The notes beneath the pieces were generated by a model. The model was not told the DNA's origin. It saw nothing but the letters and a program-made list of their open reading frames with translations, and ran no database searches. A DNA stretch of 64,000 nucleotides. Source: Mobula birostris (taxonomy: Eukaryota). The translations under genes and the position numbers were made by a program. The stretch spans positions 96,127,064 to 96,191,063 of the forward strand of contig NC_092371.1 in NCBI RefSeq assembly GCF_030028105.1, read 5' to 3'. Position 1 is the first letter of the stretch. Each line of letters opens with the position of its first letter. Positions 63,648 through 64,000 of this stretch are shown in pieces.

Positions 63648-64000
63648 ATAGAACATAGAATACAGCACAGTACAGGCCCTTCGGCCTACAATGTCGTGCC
63701 GACCTTTAAACCCTGCCTCCCATATAACACCCCACCTTAAATTCCTCCATATACCTGTCTAGTAGTCTCTTAAATTTCACTAGTGTATCTGCCTCCACCA
63801 CTGACTCAGGCAGTGAATTCCACACTCCAACCACTCTCTGAGTGAAAAACATTCCTCTAATATCCCCCTTGAAACTCCCACCCCTTACCTTAAAGCCATG
63901 TCCTCTTGTATTGAGCAGTGGTGCCATGGGGAAGAGACACTGGCTGTCCACTTTGTCTATTCCTCTTAATATCTTGTATACCTCTATCATGTCTCCTCTC
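63648..64000 (-). mobile_element. CR1 3' end running off the window
   Basis: ATAGAACATAGAATACAGCACAGTACAGGCCC tail; closely matches 44068-44420. Confidence 0.88.

Overview
Eukaryotic DNA from a cartilaginous fish, probably a ray (inferred from the Ig genes and repeat families). It is a heavily transposon-invaded, tandemly duplicated immunoglobulin light-chain (IgL) cluster array. Two germline-joined lambda-type (type II-like) leader-VJ units lie on the + strand (18729-19225, 32500-33017). There is one matching constant exon (21680-22002). The two clusters are broken in complementary ways: cluster 1 keeps C but lost its leader splice donor through a 22-bp deletion, while cluster 2 has an intact promoter, leader and VJ but no recognisable C exon in the 31 kb downstream. 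A second, very divergent IgL constant exon, absent from the ORF track, lies pseudogenised on the - strand (7057-7368); an 11-bp remnant of another copy is at 17475-17485. Paralogous flanking blocks suggest an entire further cluster was deleted at a TSD-less solo LTR (10488-10908). The rest is mobile DNA: many CR1 LINEs, a full-length L1 with TSD, a Hero-like RLE retrotransposon, Rex1/Babar, Penelope fragments, solo LTRs, SINEs and an internally duplicated hAT (Charlie/Buster-like) element. One assembly gap (7725-7866). All coordinates, alignments and counts were done by eye; no database searches were run.
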